45,987 bases of DNA from Bacteroidia bacterium (GTDB lineage: Bacteria > Bacteroidota > Bacteroidia > NS11-12g > UBA955). Positions 1 to 8,778 of the stretch are shown here, piece after piece. The stretch lies in contig JADYZD010000195.1 of NCBI GenBank assembly GCA_020853295.1, positions 1-45,987 of the forward strand, written 5' to 3'. Position 1 is the stretch's first letter. Each line of letters starts with the position of its first letter. The position numbers and the translations under genes were made by a program. Under the pieces are notes generated by a model, which did not search any database, was not told the DNA's origin, and worked only from the letters and a program-made list of their open reading frames with translations.

Positions 1-60
1 AAAAAATGCAGGTCCAAAGCTAAAAATACTGATGAGTATTCCCTGCCCAATACCTTTCAT
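1..60 (-). CDS. 5' end of a membrane protein that runs off the left edge; the N-terminus resembles LysE/RhtB-family translocators
   Basis: ATG at 58-60 (minus strand) opens MKGIGQGILISIFSFGPAFF. The peptide is hydrophobic and has the S-x-GP-x-FF pattern common at LysE-family N-termini. Only 20 codons are visible. Confidence 0.3.
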   Translation of the reverse strand, partial: MKGIGQGILISIFSFGPAFF

Positions 61-124
61 AACCGGAACCAACCAAAACATATTTCTGTTGCGCAAATTA
101 CAAAGCATTGACTGCCAAAACAAA

Positions 125-325
125 TAGAACCTATCTCAAAAGTCCTTTTTGTCAATTTAATTTATAACAATTTAACCGAAAAAAACTTCGCCTTTTTGCG
201 CTTTATTGCGTTGCTTCTCTCTTGCAGGCTGCCAGCCTGATCCGCCAGCAGGCGGACAAGAATCGCCTTATCTAGCGCAAAAAATCTCGTAATTGACTTA
301 CAAATTACTTTTGAGATAGGTTCTA
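125..325. repeat. 201-bp nested imperfect palindrome (MITE-like or structured intergenic element)
   Basis: Perfect 19-bp terminal inverted repeat: tagaacctatctcaaaagt at 125-143 and acttttgagataggttcta at 307-325. Inner inverted pairs are gtcaatt/aattgac and tttttgcgct (193-202)/agcgcaaaaa (274-283). Two GC-rich mini-hairpins sit in the centre: caggct-gcc-agcctg (225-239) and tccgcc-agca-ggcgga (241-256). Confidence 0.55.
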
Positions 326-344
326 GTAAATGCAGTAGTGGTGA

Positions 345-1676
345 TTATAACAAAATCTGTTTGGTCAATTTCCTGCCATCACCTAAATCCAATACCATAA
401 AATAACAGTTATTGCCAAGCATCACCAAGGGCATTTCTATAGTTTCACTTTGGATGATCTGCATAAAAACAAGTCTACCTAGTGCATCAAACACCCTTAA
501 TTGGGTGCCAGTAGGAATATTCTTAAACGCCCATTGATTCCCCATTTGAACAATGGTGGGCTCGGTTTCTTTGGTTTTTTGAATTGTAGAAAATGGGGTG
601 CATTTTCCAGCCTCAACCCTTACAGAGTCAAGCAAGGCATACACTTTATCTCCAGGGCAACTGGTGTTGCAGCCATCCCTATGTCCGGCAATTACACCCA
701 GTGCATTGCCATTTCCATCTGGGTGTAACAATGTAGAAAAAGGATTCAGATTGTCCTTTTTAAGTTTCCAACCTAGCAGCTGGAAAAGAGAAGACATTGC
801 AACTTCGCTGGGTTTTTCGGTCATAAAATTCCCAATCATACAAACCCCCATGGTATTGTTGTTTTTTGAACAAAAATGGGCACCCAACACATTGTCCTGC
901 CTTATTTCGGGTTTTTCTGGGTCTCTGCCAGCATAAATATCACCATTTGCAGCAATTAAATAGTTGTACCCAATATCATCCCAACCATTTACTTGGGTGT
1001 GAAATGTGTAATAAGCCCGGACCAATTCTGTGTATGCCGTATCTCCATTGCCATCAGCAGAATGATGCACCACACAATGGTGTGTGGTAGTAGCTGTTCT
1101 TCCTTTAATTGGGTTAGGCAAACCTTCACGCCAAAAACTTTGAGGTATTAATGAAGGTGAATCACAAGAGCTGCGGGAAGCAATAGGCCTGGCCAATGAT
1201 TTCGGCAATGGGGGAACATATAATAAGACCACTTCCACTTGAAAACTATCGGGTATATTTCCACTAAGCTGTTCTAAAATAAACGAACGACAGTCGTTAT
1301 TTGCATAGTACAAATCTGTTTGATCAAAGGAATTCGACTCTAAGTGCTCATCAGCAGCCAATACTTTTCTTTCGGATCTTACATGGGCCATACCCCATTC
1401 ATCATCAGGTAAAAAATAATGGTGGTTTAATTGAATCGCAAAAGTAGCTTCGTTTAATATTCCTTTTGGAAATCGAAAAGACACAGAATTAAAATATTTT
1501 CTTGGTGCAATTCTGGCCCATCCTTTCTGAATACTTATATTTTTATATATCCATATTTTTTTATACAAAACCCTTGCTGTTGTAGGTTTTGTTTCATCTA
1601 CACAATCAAAGCAAGGGCAAGCATCAGATGCAAGAAAAAATCCAAATAAAATATATAAAATTCCAAGTTTTTTCAT
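345..1676 (-). CDS. Secreted N-acetylmuramoyl-L-alanine amidase (Amidase_2/PGRP fold) with a T9SS type-A C-terminal sorting domain
   Basis: Signal peptide MKKLGILYILFGFFLAS. Amidase_2 signature VVHHSADG...GYNYLI...GAHF...GHRDGCNTSCPG, which contains the Zn ligands His/His/Cys. The C-terminal ~70 aa (LRVFDALGRLVF...YFMVLDLGDGRKLTKQILL) resemble a Por_Secre_tail domain. Confidence 0.8.
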   Translation of the reverse strand: MKKLGILYILFGFFLASDACPCFDCVDETKPTTARVLYKKIWIYKNISIQKGWARIAPRKYFNSVSFRFPKGILNEATFAIQLNHHYFLPDDEWGMAHVRSERKVLAADEHLESNSFDQTDLYYANNDCRSFILEQLSGNIPDSFQVEVVLLYVPPLPKSLARPIASRSSCDSPSLIPQSFWREGLPNPIKGRTATTTHHCVVHHSADGNGDTAYTELVRAYYTFHTQVNGWDDIGYNYLIAANGDIYAGRDPEKPEIRQDNVLGAHFCSKNNNTMGVCMIGNFMTEKPSEVAMSSLFQLLGWKLKKDNLNPFSTLLHPDGNGNALGVIAGHRDGCNTSCPGDKVYALLDSVRVEAGKCTPFSTIQKTKETEPTIVQMGNQWAFKNIPTGTQLRVFDALGRLVFMQIIQSETIEMPLVMLGNNCYFMVLDLGDGRKLTKQILL

Positions 1677-2468
1677 CTATGTCAAGTGCTTTTTAATGAT
1701 GGATTGAAAAGATGGATAAATGCTTTTTGAACTGGCCAGTATGGTATTTCCAAATAAATAGTTGTCACCACCTGCAAAATCGGTTACTACACCACCTGCC
1801 TCTTGTACCAGCAAAACGCCTGCTGCAATATCCCAAGAACTTAATCCCGACTCGTAAAACCCATCGAATCTCCCACAAGCGGTATAGGCCAAATCAATAG
1901 CAGCCGAGCCCATTCTTCTCAAACCATGAGTGTTTTGCATCAATTCTTTCAGCGCCTCCAAATATTCAGGCATATTTTGAAACTGATAATACGGAAAACC
2001 AGTTGCAATTAATGAGGATTTTAGTGCCGCGGTTTCAGAAACATAAATAGGTTGGTCATTTAAAAATGCACCTGCATTTTTTGCGGCGGTAAACATTTCG
2101 CCCCAATAAGGCGCATAAACCACACCTGCAACCGGAGTACCTTGATGCAACAAGCCTACACTTATGGAAAAAGCAGGCAAACCATGTAAAAAATTGGTAG
2201 TTCCGTCAAGCGGGTCTATTACCCAAATCCATTCTTTATTCTGAACGGATTCAACTGTGTTTTCTTCTGTAATAAATCCGCAATTGGGTATCAATTCGGC
2301 TAGAAAAGCAACCAACATTTTTTCGGATTCCACATCCACAAAACTTACCAGTTGGTTAATGCCTTTATCTTCAATTTGGCCTTGTGCAATTTTTCCAAAA
2401 TTTTGCAATTGAAATTCGCCTACTTTGAAGCAAATCTCTGCGCATTTATTCTTAAATTCTGTATACAA
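1677..2468 (-). CDS. suhB: Inositol monophosphatase family protein
   Basis: Contains the IMPase motifs WVIDPLDGTTNF and WDIAAG. 263 aa. Its stop abuts the amidase start with no gap. Confidence 0.85.
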   Translation of the reverse strand: MYTEFKNKCAEICFKVGEFQLQNFGKIAQGQIEDKGINQLVSFVDVESEKMLVAFLAELIPNCGFITEENTVESVQNKEWIWVIDPLDGTTNFLHGLPAFSISVGLLHQGTPVAGVVYAPYWGEMFTAAKNAGAFLNDQPIYVSETAALKSSLIATGFPYYQFQNMPEYLEALKELMQNTHGLRRMGSAAIDLAYTACGRFDGFYESGLSSWDIAAGVLLVQEAGGVVTDFAGGDNYLFGNTILASSKSIYPSFQSIIKKHLT

Positions 2469-2478
2469 ATTGACTCCT

Positions 2479-5400
2479 TTAACGCAAAATTAAAACTGTG
2501 GATTTTTCGATATGACGGTAATCTTCTGTATCCAATATTTCAATAAGAACCGCATACACTCCTGGACCGTATAAATTGCCAGATTCATCAGTTCCAGTCC
2601 AGCCTTTATTCATGTCGTTGGTTTCAAAAACCTTGGCGCCCCATCGGTTATAGATAGACATACTAAAAGTTTTAATTCCCCTGCCTTTTGGCAAATAAAT
2701 ATCATTAATATTATTTGCATCAGGAGTAAAAGACAAAGGCATATAAATGCGGTAAACATCTTTAATCCGAATCCAATGTCCAACAGTATCTGCGCAACCA
2801 GGAGCACGCTGCACCATTAGGTTCACAAAATACCTTCCTGTGTCTGAATATATATGGTTTTGATTTCCTGCACTAGAAGAAAAAGTTCCATCTCCAAAAC
2901 TCCAAGAATACGTTTCAGCATTGGTGCTACCATCTGTAAAATCAAAACTTGGATTCTCAATAGTGCTGATATCTGGAAGTGGTGTAAATGCTGCAATAGG
3001 ATAAGAAACCACATCTGCAGTTGTGGGAACATCAAACTTTGCTTTACATCCAAAACTTGTGGTTATTTGAGCCTTGGCAGTGTAAATTCCACTCTTTGTA
3101 AAAACTTTTGAATACGGACTGCCATTAAAATCTACAGAATCGCCATTGCTGAAATACCACCTTACATTGGCGGCATCTGGGCTATTGAAAGTATAATCAA
3201 CTGGCTTGCCCAAACATACTTGCAGTGGGGTGGAAGACAAGGTTGCACTGGCTGCTGGGTTTACCGTAACGGAAGCATTGGCATTAACTGGCACGGAGCA
3301 GCCATCTACCAAATCAAGCTGGTACGTTTTACTTGCAATTGGGGCTATTTTTTGTGTCAAAAAGCCCACCGTATTCCCATCAAGCGACCAAGATCTTGAG
3401 GATGTTTTTCCACCTGAAATTGTAAAATTCATTTTTACACTATCACCCAAACAAATACTATTGGGGGTAATGGTAATGTTGGCAGAAAGCGGAGCCAATT
3501 TGGTAATCACAAAATCGGTTGTATCTTTTTTAACAGTGCATCCATCATCCAAAATTGCCCTAAATGGATTGACTCCAGTTCCAGGATTTAACATTGGTGT
3601 AAAACCACTTAATGCAACAGGACTCCAAGTAATATTGTGGGCACTTAAAACGCCCCCAGTATGTGTTAAATTTAGGGTTAATGTTTGTCCATCACACAGT
3701 GTAGTGTCATTCACAGTCGATAAAGAAAGTGGCGCCATTAAATCCACCTTAATACTGTCTGAAACTAAAGGAGAACAGCCATCAGACAAGGTGATTTTAT
3801 AGAATTGGGCTGTGGCAGGTTTTTCTGTAATCGCAGAAGTTGATTTTCCATGGTTCCAAGAATAAGTATAGTTTTTTCCCAATCCACCATTGGCAATGGC
3901 CATCATGTCCACAGATGTACCCCGACAGATCAAAGTATCAGAAGACACGGAAATGTTCAAGGCAGGATAAGTATACAATTTTATCTGGGCTGAGGAAGGC
4001 AGCACGCTGCAACCATCGGTAAGGGTAACGGTATACGTATTGGTATCGTTTAAAGTAATTGATTTAGATGTTCCTGTACCCAAACCACCTGACCAATTGA
4101 AAATATGTCCAAGGGTATCTCCACCCGAGCCGGTTGCGGAAAGGGTAATTTGCTTTCCGATACAAACCAGGGTATCTGTTGCTTTCAACTGAACACTCAG
4201 TGCAGGCTTAACGGTTACTTTTTTAGTAGCTGTATCAGGAAGTTCACTACAGCCATCTGTAAGAATCACTTGATATACAGTTGTTGAAGCTGGGGTTACA
4301 TTTTGAACGGCAGCGGTATTTCCAGTATGTTTCCAGTTATAGGCATATGCAGTGCTTAATCCTCCTGTGGCCAATGCCGATAATTGTACAGACCTGCCAG
4401 CGCAAATAATGGTATCATTGCCCAAATCCACCGACAAACTAGGCCTTACATCTACCATAATTGAATCTTTTACTTGGTGATAGGTGCAAGCATCACTCAA
4501 TACCAACGCATATTTTGAGAGACCGGTGGGTTTAACTGTAATTTGAGGTGTTGAAACATTGGTACTCCATTTATACCGATAATCGGGATTGTAGCCACCT
4601 GCAATTGTGGGCAATAAAACCAAACTATCACCCATACAAATCAAAGTATCATTGCCCAAGTCGAGACTTAAAGGTGTGCGAACTCCCTCAAACTCTATTT
4701 TAAAACCTTTGCCTTCTACCAAAGGGTCGCTGTATTGTTTCAGCCAAAGTGCATTTCCAACTACAGATTGCCAAGCGCCTCCATAAGGGGTGGTTTGGCC
4801 CGTATAAACGCCTATTTTATTAATTTGGCTGGTGTTGTTTTTAAATAAAACCACTGAGTCATACCCATTCTCATAATCCAGATATAAGAATCTGAATTTA
4901 ATGGAATTGGCTCCAGGAATTTTAACTTTTAAACTCACTTGTTTTAGAGCACCATAATATCCTTCACCTCCATCATCGTAAATAAATCCCTGGCATTTTG
5001 TGGCTGAATCTGTGCCAGATATGGGCAAGAGTACCGCATTACAAATATCAAAAGTGCTATCTACTTTAATGTAAGCCGTTTTGGTGATACTATCAGAGTT
5101 GTTTTTAAAACAACTTTTTGCCACCAATTTTACGTTGTAAGTTCCATAGCTCGAGTAATTGTAGAGTGCATTGTAGTTGGTGGAAGTTCCACCATCCCCA
5201 AAATACCAAATACTGGATATTGAATTGCTGCTTAAATTGGTAAATTTCACTGATTTGCTCAAAGAACAGACCATTGTATCCGCAATAAAATCGGCCTTTA
5301 CAAAACCACTATCATACTTATTGCCAACCCCACAAACCCACCATGCATTTGTAACAGCAATAACCGCCTTGCTGCAATTGCCGTATAAATCAGTTGCGGC

Positions 5401-6957
5401 CAGAATGCTGTAAGTCCTTGCATCTGCATATTGTGAATTCTTGGTTAGGTAAACACTTAGGTTTCGGTAGGCAATTCTTGCAGAGGCGTTTAAGCCCAAA
5501 CTATCTATCGAAAATGAGTTTCCTTTTTCATTGGTTCCTGTTTTACCGTCAGTTATCAGATAAAACCAATAGTTCTGAACACCACTATTGGTATGAACGC
5601 CACCATTATCACCAGATCCCCCGTACCAAGAAATACCTTTATAATATTTTGGATGACCATAAGGATTTGGATTGGACATATCCCTAATTCCAGCAGCAGA
5701 AGTAGTAAAATCCTCTCCTACTTTCCAGCTCCATTTGTTGGGTCTCGACCATTTCTCAATGGCATTTCCAAAAATATCAGAAAAACTCTCGTTGAGTGCA
5801 CCACTTTCGTAACTGTAAATAAGGCTTGCAGAGTAGGTAGTTACGGCATGCGAGATTTCATGACCGCAAACATCAATAGAGGTCAATGGCCTCCAAGTTG
5901 ATCCATTCCCATCGCCATAGGTCATAAAAGAGCCATTCCAAAATGCATTTGAATAATTGTTTGAATAATGCACATAGCTGAGAATTTTAGCATTGTTGTC
6001 GTCAAAGCTTTTTCTATTCAATACTGTATCATAAAAATCGAAAGTCCTTTCTGCTCCCCAGTGTGCATCAGTGGCTACTTCATCTTTATTCCCGTTCACA
6101 TTGTTCCAATAATTATCGGCATCTGTAAAATCCACTGCCGTGCCATAATTGGTGCCTTTCTTCATGTCATAAGTTTCAATTCCCTTGCCTCTTGTTTTTT
6201 CCCTTAACCTATAATTACCGGGAGAAACACTATCTGTAGTTATTGTCCTGGTTCCACTAAATGCAGTTGCTGCAGTGCCTTTAACATCTGTATGGCAAAT
6301 CAAATCTTCAATAGCTTGAATGGAGCCATTCTGTGCATTTACATAAATTCTTTTGCCCCCTAAAGGAACATTTGAAAAGACATCATATTTAAAACACAGG
6401 GCGTGCGGATTTCTAAAGTCTAAATTTTGAGGACAGTACACCACAGTACCTTGGGGAAACCAACTGGTATCCTGAACGCCCGTCAAATCTTGTAAAATAT
6501 GGTTTTGTGTTTCATCCTGCCAGTAATATTGGGTAGATGGCAATTGGCTTAAAGCAATGTTTCTCGCAGCTTCCAAGTTCAATTCAGCATTACCACTAAG
6601 CATGCTTTCTGGAATGACTTCACCGTTAATCGACAAAATTCTATTGGCAGAAGTGTGCACCACAACCACTCCATTTTCTAAAGGAATACCTTTAAAATAC
6701 TGCTGGGCCCTAAAATGTATTTGGCCCAACTCATCCTCCAATTTGCTATAGATTTTCCAGGAAGTATTGGAAGAAGTATGTGCAAGCTTGTGCAATTCTA
6801 CCTGCCATTGGTCAAACGCTGGCCTTGAAAATTCATCAAAATGTACAATCCCAGAAAAAGGTATGGGATTCGAAATTCCTTTGGTTTCTATTTGTGCAGA
6901 GAGGGGTAAGGCAGATGCTACAATAAGCAGCATGGACCAAACAGTACTTTTCCTCAT
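2479..6957 (-). CDS. Secreted thermolysin-like (M4) zinc metalloprotease with PKD, CUB-like and seven tandem Ig-like repeats and a T9SS type-B C-terminal domain
   Basis: Signal peptide, then HEISH at 5848-5862 plus GALNESFSDIFG (the M4 HExxH...E motif). PKD-like WYFGDGG segments are present. Seven ~78-aa repeats of the form LGNDT.IC.G....L.A..GG....Y.W...DGC occupy about 3250-4674. The C-terminus FTPDANNINDIYLP...IYNRWGAKVFE matches the gliding-motility-associated CTD pattern. Confidence 0.85.
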   Translation of the reverse strand: MRKSTVWSMLLIVASALPLSAQIETKGISNPIPFSGIVHFDEFSRPAFDQWQVELHKLAHTSSNTSWKIYSKLEDELGQIHFRAQQYFKGIPLENGVVVVHTSANRILSINGEVIPESMLSGNAELNLEAARNIALSQLPSTQYYWQDETQNHILQDLTGVQDTSWFPQGTVVYCPQNLDFRNPHALCFKYDVFSNVPLGGKRIYVNAQNGSIQAIEDLICHTDVKGTAATAFSGTRTITTDSVSPGNYRLREKTRGKGIETYDMKKGTNYGTAVDFTDADNYWNNVNGNKDEVATDAHWGAERTFDFYDTVLNRKSFDDNNAKILSYVHYSNNYSNAFWNGSFMTYGDGNGSTWRPLTSIDVCGHEISHAVTTYSASLIYSYESGALNESFSDIFGNAIEKWSRPNKWSWKVGEDFTTSAAGIRDMSNPNPYGHPKYYKGISWYGGSGDNGGVHTNSGVQNYWFYLITDGKTGTNEKGNSFSIDSLGLNASARIAYRNLSVYLTKNSQYADARTYSILAATDLYGNCSKAVIAVTNAWWVCGVGNKYDSGFVKADFIADTMVCSLSKSVKFTNLSSNSISSIWYFGDGGTSTNYNALYNYSSYGTYNVKLVAKSCFKNNSDSITKTAYIKVDSTFDICNAVLLPISGTDSATKCQGFIYDDGGEGYYGALKQVSLKVKIPGANSIKFRFLYLDYENGYDSVVLFKNNTSQINKIGVYTGQTTPYGGAWQSVVGNALWLKQYSDPLVEGKGFKIEFEGVRTPLSLDLGNDTLICMGDSLVLLPTIAGGYNPDYRYKWSTNVSTPQITVKPTGLSKYALVLSDACTYHQVKDSIMVDVRPSLSVDLGNDTIICAGRSVQLSALATGGLSTAYAYNWKHTGNTAAVQNVTPASTTVYQVILTDGCSELPDTATKKVTVKPALSVQLKATDTLVCIGKQITLSATGSGGDTLGHIFNWSGGLGTGTSKSITLNDTNTYTVTLTDGCSVLPSSAQIKLYTYPALNISVSSDTLICRGTSVDMMAIANGGLGKNYTYSWNHGKSTSAITEKPATAQFYKITLSDGCSPLVSDSIKVDLMAPLSLSTVNDTTLCDGQTLTLNLTHTGGVLSAHNITWSPVALSGFTPMLNPGTGVNPFRAILDDGCTVKKDTTDFVITKLAPLSANITITPNSICLGDSVKMNFTISGGKTSSRSWSLDGNTVGFLTQKIAPIASKTYQLDLVDGCSVPVNANASVTVNPAASATLSSTPLQVCLGKPVDYTFNSPDAANVRWYFSNGDSVDFNGSPYSKVFTKSGIYTAKAQITTSFGCKAKFDVPTTADVVSYPIAAFTPLPDISTIENPSFDFTDGSTNAETYSWSFGDGTFSSSAGNQNHIYSDTGRYFVNLMVQRAPGCADTVGHWIRIKDVYRIYMPLSFTPDANNINDIYLPKGRGIKTFSMSIYNRWGAKVFETNDMNKGWTGTDESGNLYGPGVYAVLIEILDTEDYRHIEKSTVLILR

Positions 6958-6962
6958 ACATA

Positions 6963-6970
6963 CAAAAATA
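6963..6970 (-). promoter_or_regulatory. Candidate Bacteroidota -7 promoter box (tatttttg) for the M4 protease gene
   Basis: Exact TAnnTTTG on the minus strand, ending 5 nt before the ATG at 6957. Confidence 0.45.
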
Positions 6971-6989
6971 AAGGAAAAAATTGTTAACT

Positions 6990-7007
6990 TTTACACTAAG
7001 GTGTAAA
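6990..7007 (-). terminator. Weak candidate intrinsic terminator after the bacilliredoxin gene
   Basis: 7-bp inverted repeat tttacac/gtgtaaa with a 4-nt loop, directly after the stop at 7010-7012. On the minus strand a T6 run follows about 8 nt later. The stem is AT-rich, so this is only tentative. Confidence 0.3.
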
Positions 7008-7009
7008 GA

Positions 7010-7426
7010 TTAGCAATACTGCTCGTAAACTGCTTGCAAGTGGTCTGAAATCATGTCGGCAGTGCGGCCTTCTATCATGTGGCGTTCTACCATGTGCACC
7101 AACTCTCCATTTTTGAACAATGCAATTGCAGGAGATGAAGCAGGATAAGGAACAAAGTACTCTCTGGCTTTGGCTACGGCATCAACATCCTGACCTGCAA
7201 AAACTGTTAGGAGTTGATCGGGTTTTTTATTGCCCACCAAACTTTTCAAAACCCCTGGTCTTGCAGCACCTGCGGCGCAACCGCAAACTGAATTTACAAC
7301 TACCAACTGGGTGCCATTGTTACTGTTCATAACTGTTTCAACCTCAGCGGCACTGGTGAGCTGTGTAAAACCATTATTTGTTAATTCAGCGCGCATTGGC
7401 GCTACAAGCATTTCTGGATAAGGCAT
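7010..7426 (-). CDS. Bacilliredoxin (BrxA/BrxB, YphP/YqiW, DUF1094 family) thiol-disulfide oxidoreductase
   Basis: Has the CGC redox motif in NSVCGCAAGAARP and the N-terminus MPYPEMLVAPMRAEL typical of the family. The ORF track extends to a TTG at 7471; I prefer the ATG at 7426. Confidence 0.75.
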   Translation of the reverse strand: MPYPEMLVAPMRAELTNNGFTQLTSAAEVETVMNSNNGTQLVVVNSVCGCAAGAARPGVLKSLVGNKKPDQLLTVFAGQDVDAVAKAREYFVPYPASSPAIALFKNGELVHMVERHMIEGRTADMISDHLQAVYEQYC

Positions 7427-7519
7427 ACGAATTTTCTTTAGTTTCCCTTTAGGGTGTGATACGGATTGCAAATTAACAACAATATGGTGGATTTGTTTTT
7501 AAAAAATTGCCCTAAAATC

Positions 7520-8749
7520 CTATTCAAATTGATTACCGGCGATGTAAATTCCTTCAATATGATTCTGACCAAAGAAATACGGAATGTTGTACAATGCATT
7601 TTTTTGACTGGTTACCAAAAAATCTGCCCTCTTGCCCGGTGATATGCTTCCGCATTGCTTTTCCAGCCTCATAGACCTCGCCGCGTTGAGTGTAATGGCA
7701 TTAAATGCCTCCTCGGGCAACAGTTTCATTTGGGTGCAGCCCAAACTCCACACAATTTGCATATTGGCCACAGGACTGCTCCCCGGATTAAAATCTGAGG
7801 CGAGACAGAATGGCAAGCCTGCATCAATAATTTGCCTTGCAGGAGTATAAGGAATTCCAAGAAAATAGGAGGTTCCAGGCAACCCAACTGGCATTGTTTT
7901 GCCAGCTTTTAAAACTTCGATTTCTGCTTCACCGCAATGTTCTAAATGGTCTGCACTATAGGCTCCTGAAGCCACCGCCGCTTGAACCCCACCTGTATAA
8001 CCCAATTCGTTGGCGTGAATTTTTCCAGGCAAATTGTATTTCCATCCTGCTTCCAAAATGCGCAAAGTATCTTGTTCAGTAAAAAACCCTTTATCACAAA
8101 AAACATCAATAAAATCAGCCAAATTTTCGGAGGCAACTGCAGGCAACATTTCTTCTATTAAATAATTCACATACCCTTCCCTGTTGTCTTTGTATTCGGG
8201 TGGAACCGCATGGGCTCCTAAGAAAGTAGATTTTATGATTATGGGAAATGCCTCTTTTAATTTGGAAATTACCCGTAGCATTTTTAGTTCACTATCCATG
8301 TCCAGACCATATCCACTTTTGATTTCCAAGGTGGTAGTGCCATGTGAAATGAGTGTTTTAACATTTTTCAACGACCGTTCAAACAAATCATCTTCAGACA
8401 TGGCCCGAAGTTTTTTAGCGGAATTTAAAATTCCACCCCCGGCTTGTGCAATTTCCTCATAACTTTTGCCCAAAATTCGCATAACCCATTCCTCACTTCT
8501 TTCGGCAGCAAATACTGCATGTGTATGGCTGTCAACAAAACCTGGCAAAACTTCCCTGCCATTTAGATCCACCATTTGTTCAGCTTCAGGTGGTTCGGTG
8601 TTGCCAAATCCCAAAACAAGTCCATGCTCTGTCAATATCCATGCATTTTCAAGGTGCTCCACTACAGCCATTTCGGCGCCTGCTTTTTGAAATTGTGCTT
8701 CGTTTTCAACACCCCAAATTTTACCAATATTGTAAAAGAGTTTGCTCAT
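7520..8749 (-). CDS. hutI: Imidazolonepropionase
   Basis: Amidohydrolase fold with PGFVDSHTHAVFA, ...HANELG..., ...SADHLEH... and a LASDFNPGSS pattern typical of HutI. The likely ATG is at 8749; the track begins at a TTG at 8767. Confidence 0.8.
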   Translation of the reverse strand: MSKLFYNIGKIWGVENEAQFQKAGAEMAVVEHLENAWILTEHGLVLGFGNTEPPEAEQMVDLNGREVLPGFVDSHTHAVFAAERSEEWVMRILGKSYEEIAQAGGGILNSAKKLRAMSEDDLFERSLKNVKTLISHGTTTLEIKSGYGLDMDSELKMLRVISKLKEAFPIIIKSTFLGAHAVPPEYKDNREGYVNYLIEEMLPAVASENLADFIDVFCDKGFFTEQDTLRILEAGWKYNLPGKIHANELGYTGGVQAAVASGAYSADHLEHCGEAEIEVLKAGKTMPVGLPGTSYFLGIPYTPARQIIDAGLPFCLASDFNPGSSPVANMQIVWSLGCTQMKLLPEEAFNAITLNAARSMRLEKQCGSISPGKRADFLVTSQKNALYNIPYFFGQNHIEGIYIAGNQFE

Positions 8750-8778
8750 CAGCAGCAAAACAAGCAAATTTGAACGGA

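Noticed and set aside
158-170. 13-mer tttaatttataac shared between the left-end element and 30526-30538, and tacttttgaga shared between 306-316 and 30893-30903
   Set aside because: Short AT-rich matches of this length are expected by chance among all position pairs in 46 kb. The flanks do not extend the similarity.
3206-3802. 198-aa plus-strand ORF, together with the other plus-strand ORFs between 2854 and 7006
   Set aside because: They lie antisense within the well-supported 1492-aa protease gene. Their low-complexity, stop-free stretches are typical shadow ORFs, and none has a promoter box or motifs.
8521-8778. 86-codon N-terminal extension of the gamma-CA-like ORF in the track
   Set aside because: It is entirely antisense to hutI and has an implausible composition. 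The hexapeptide protein starts naturally at the ATG at 8779.
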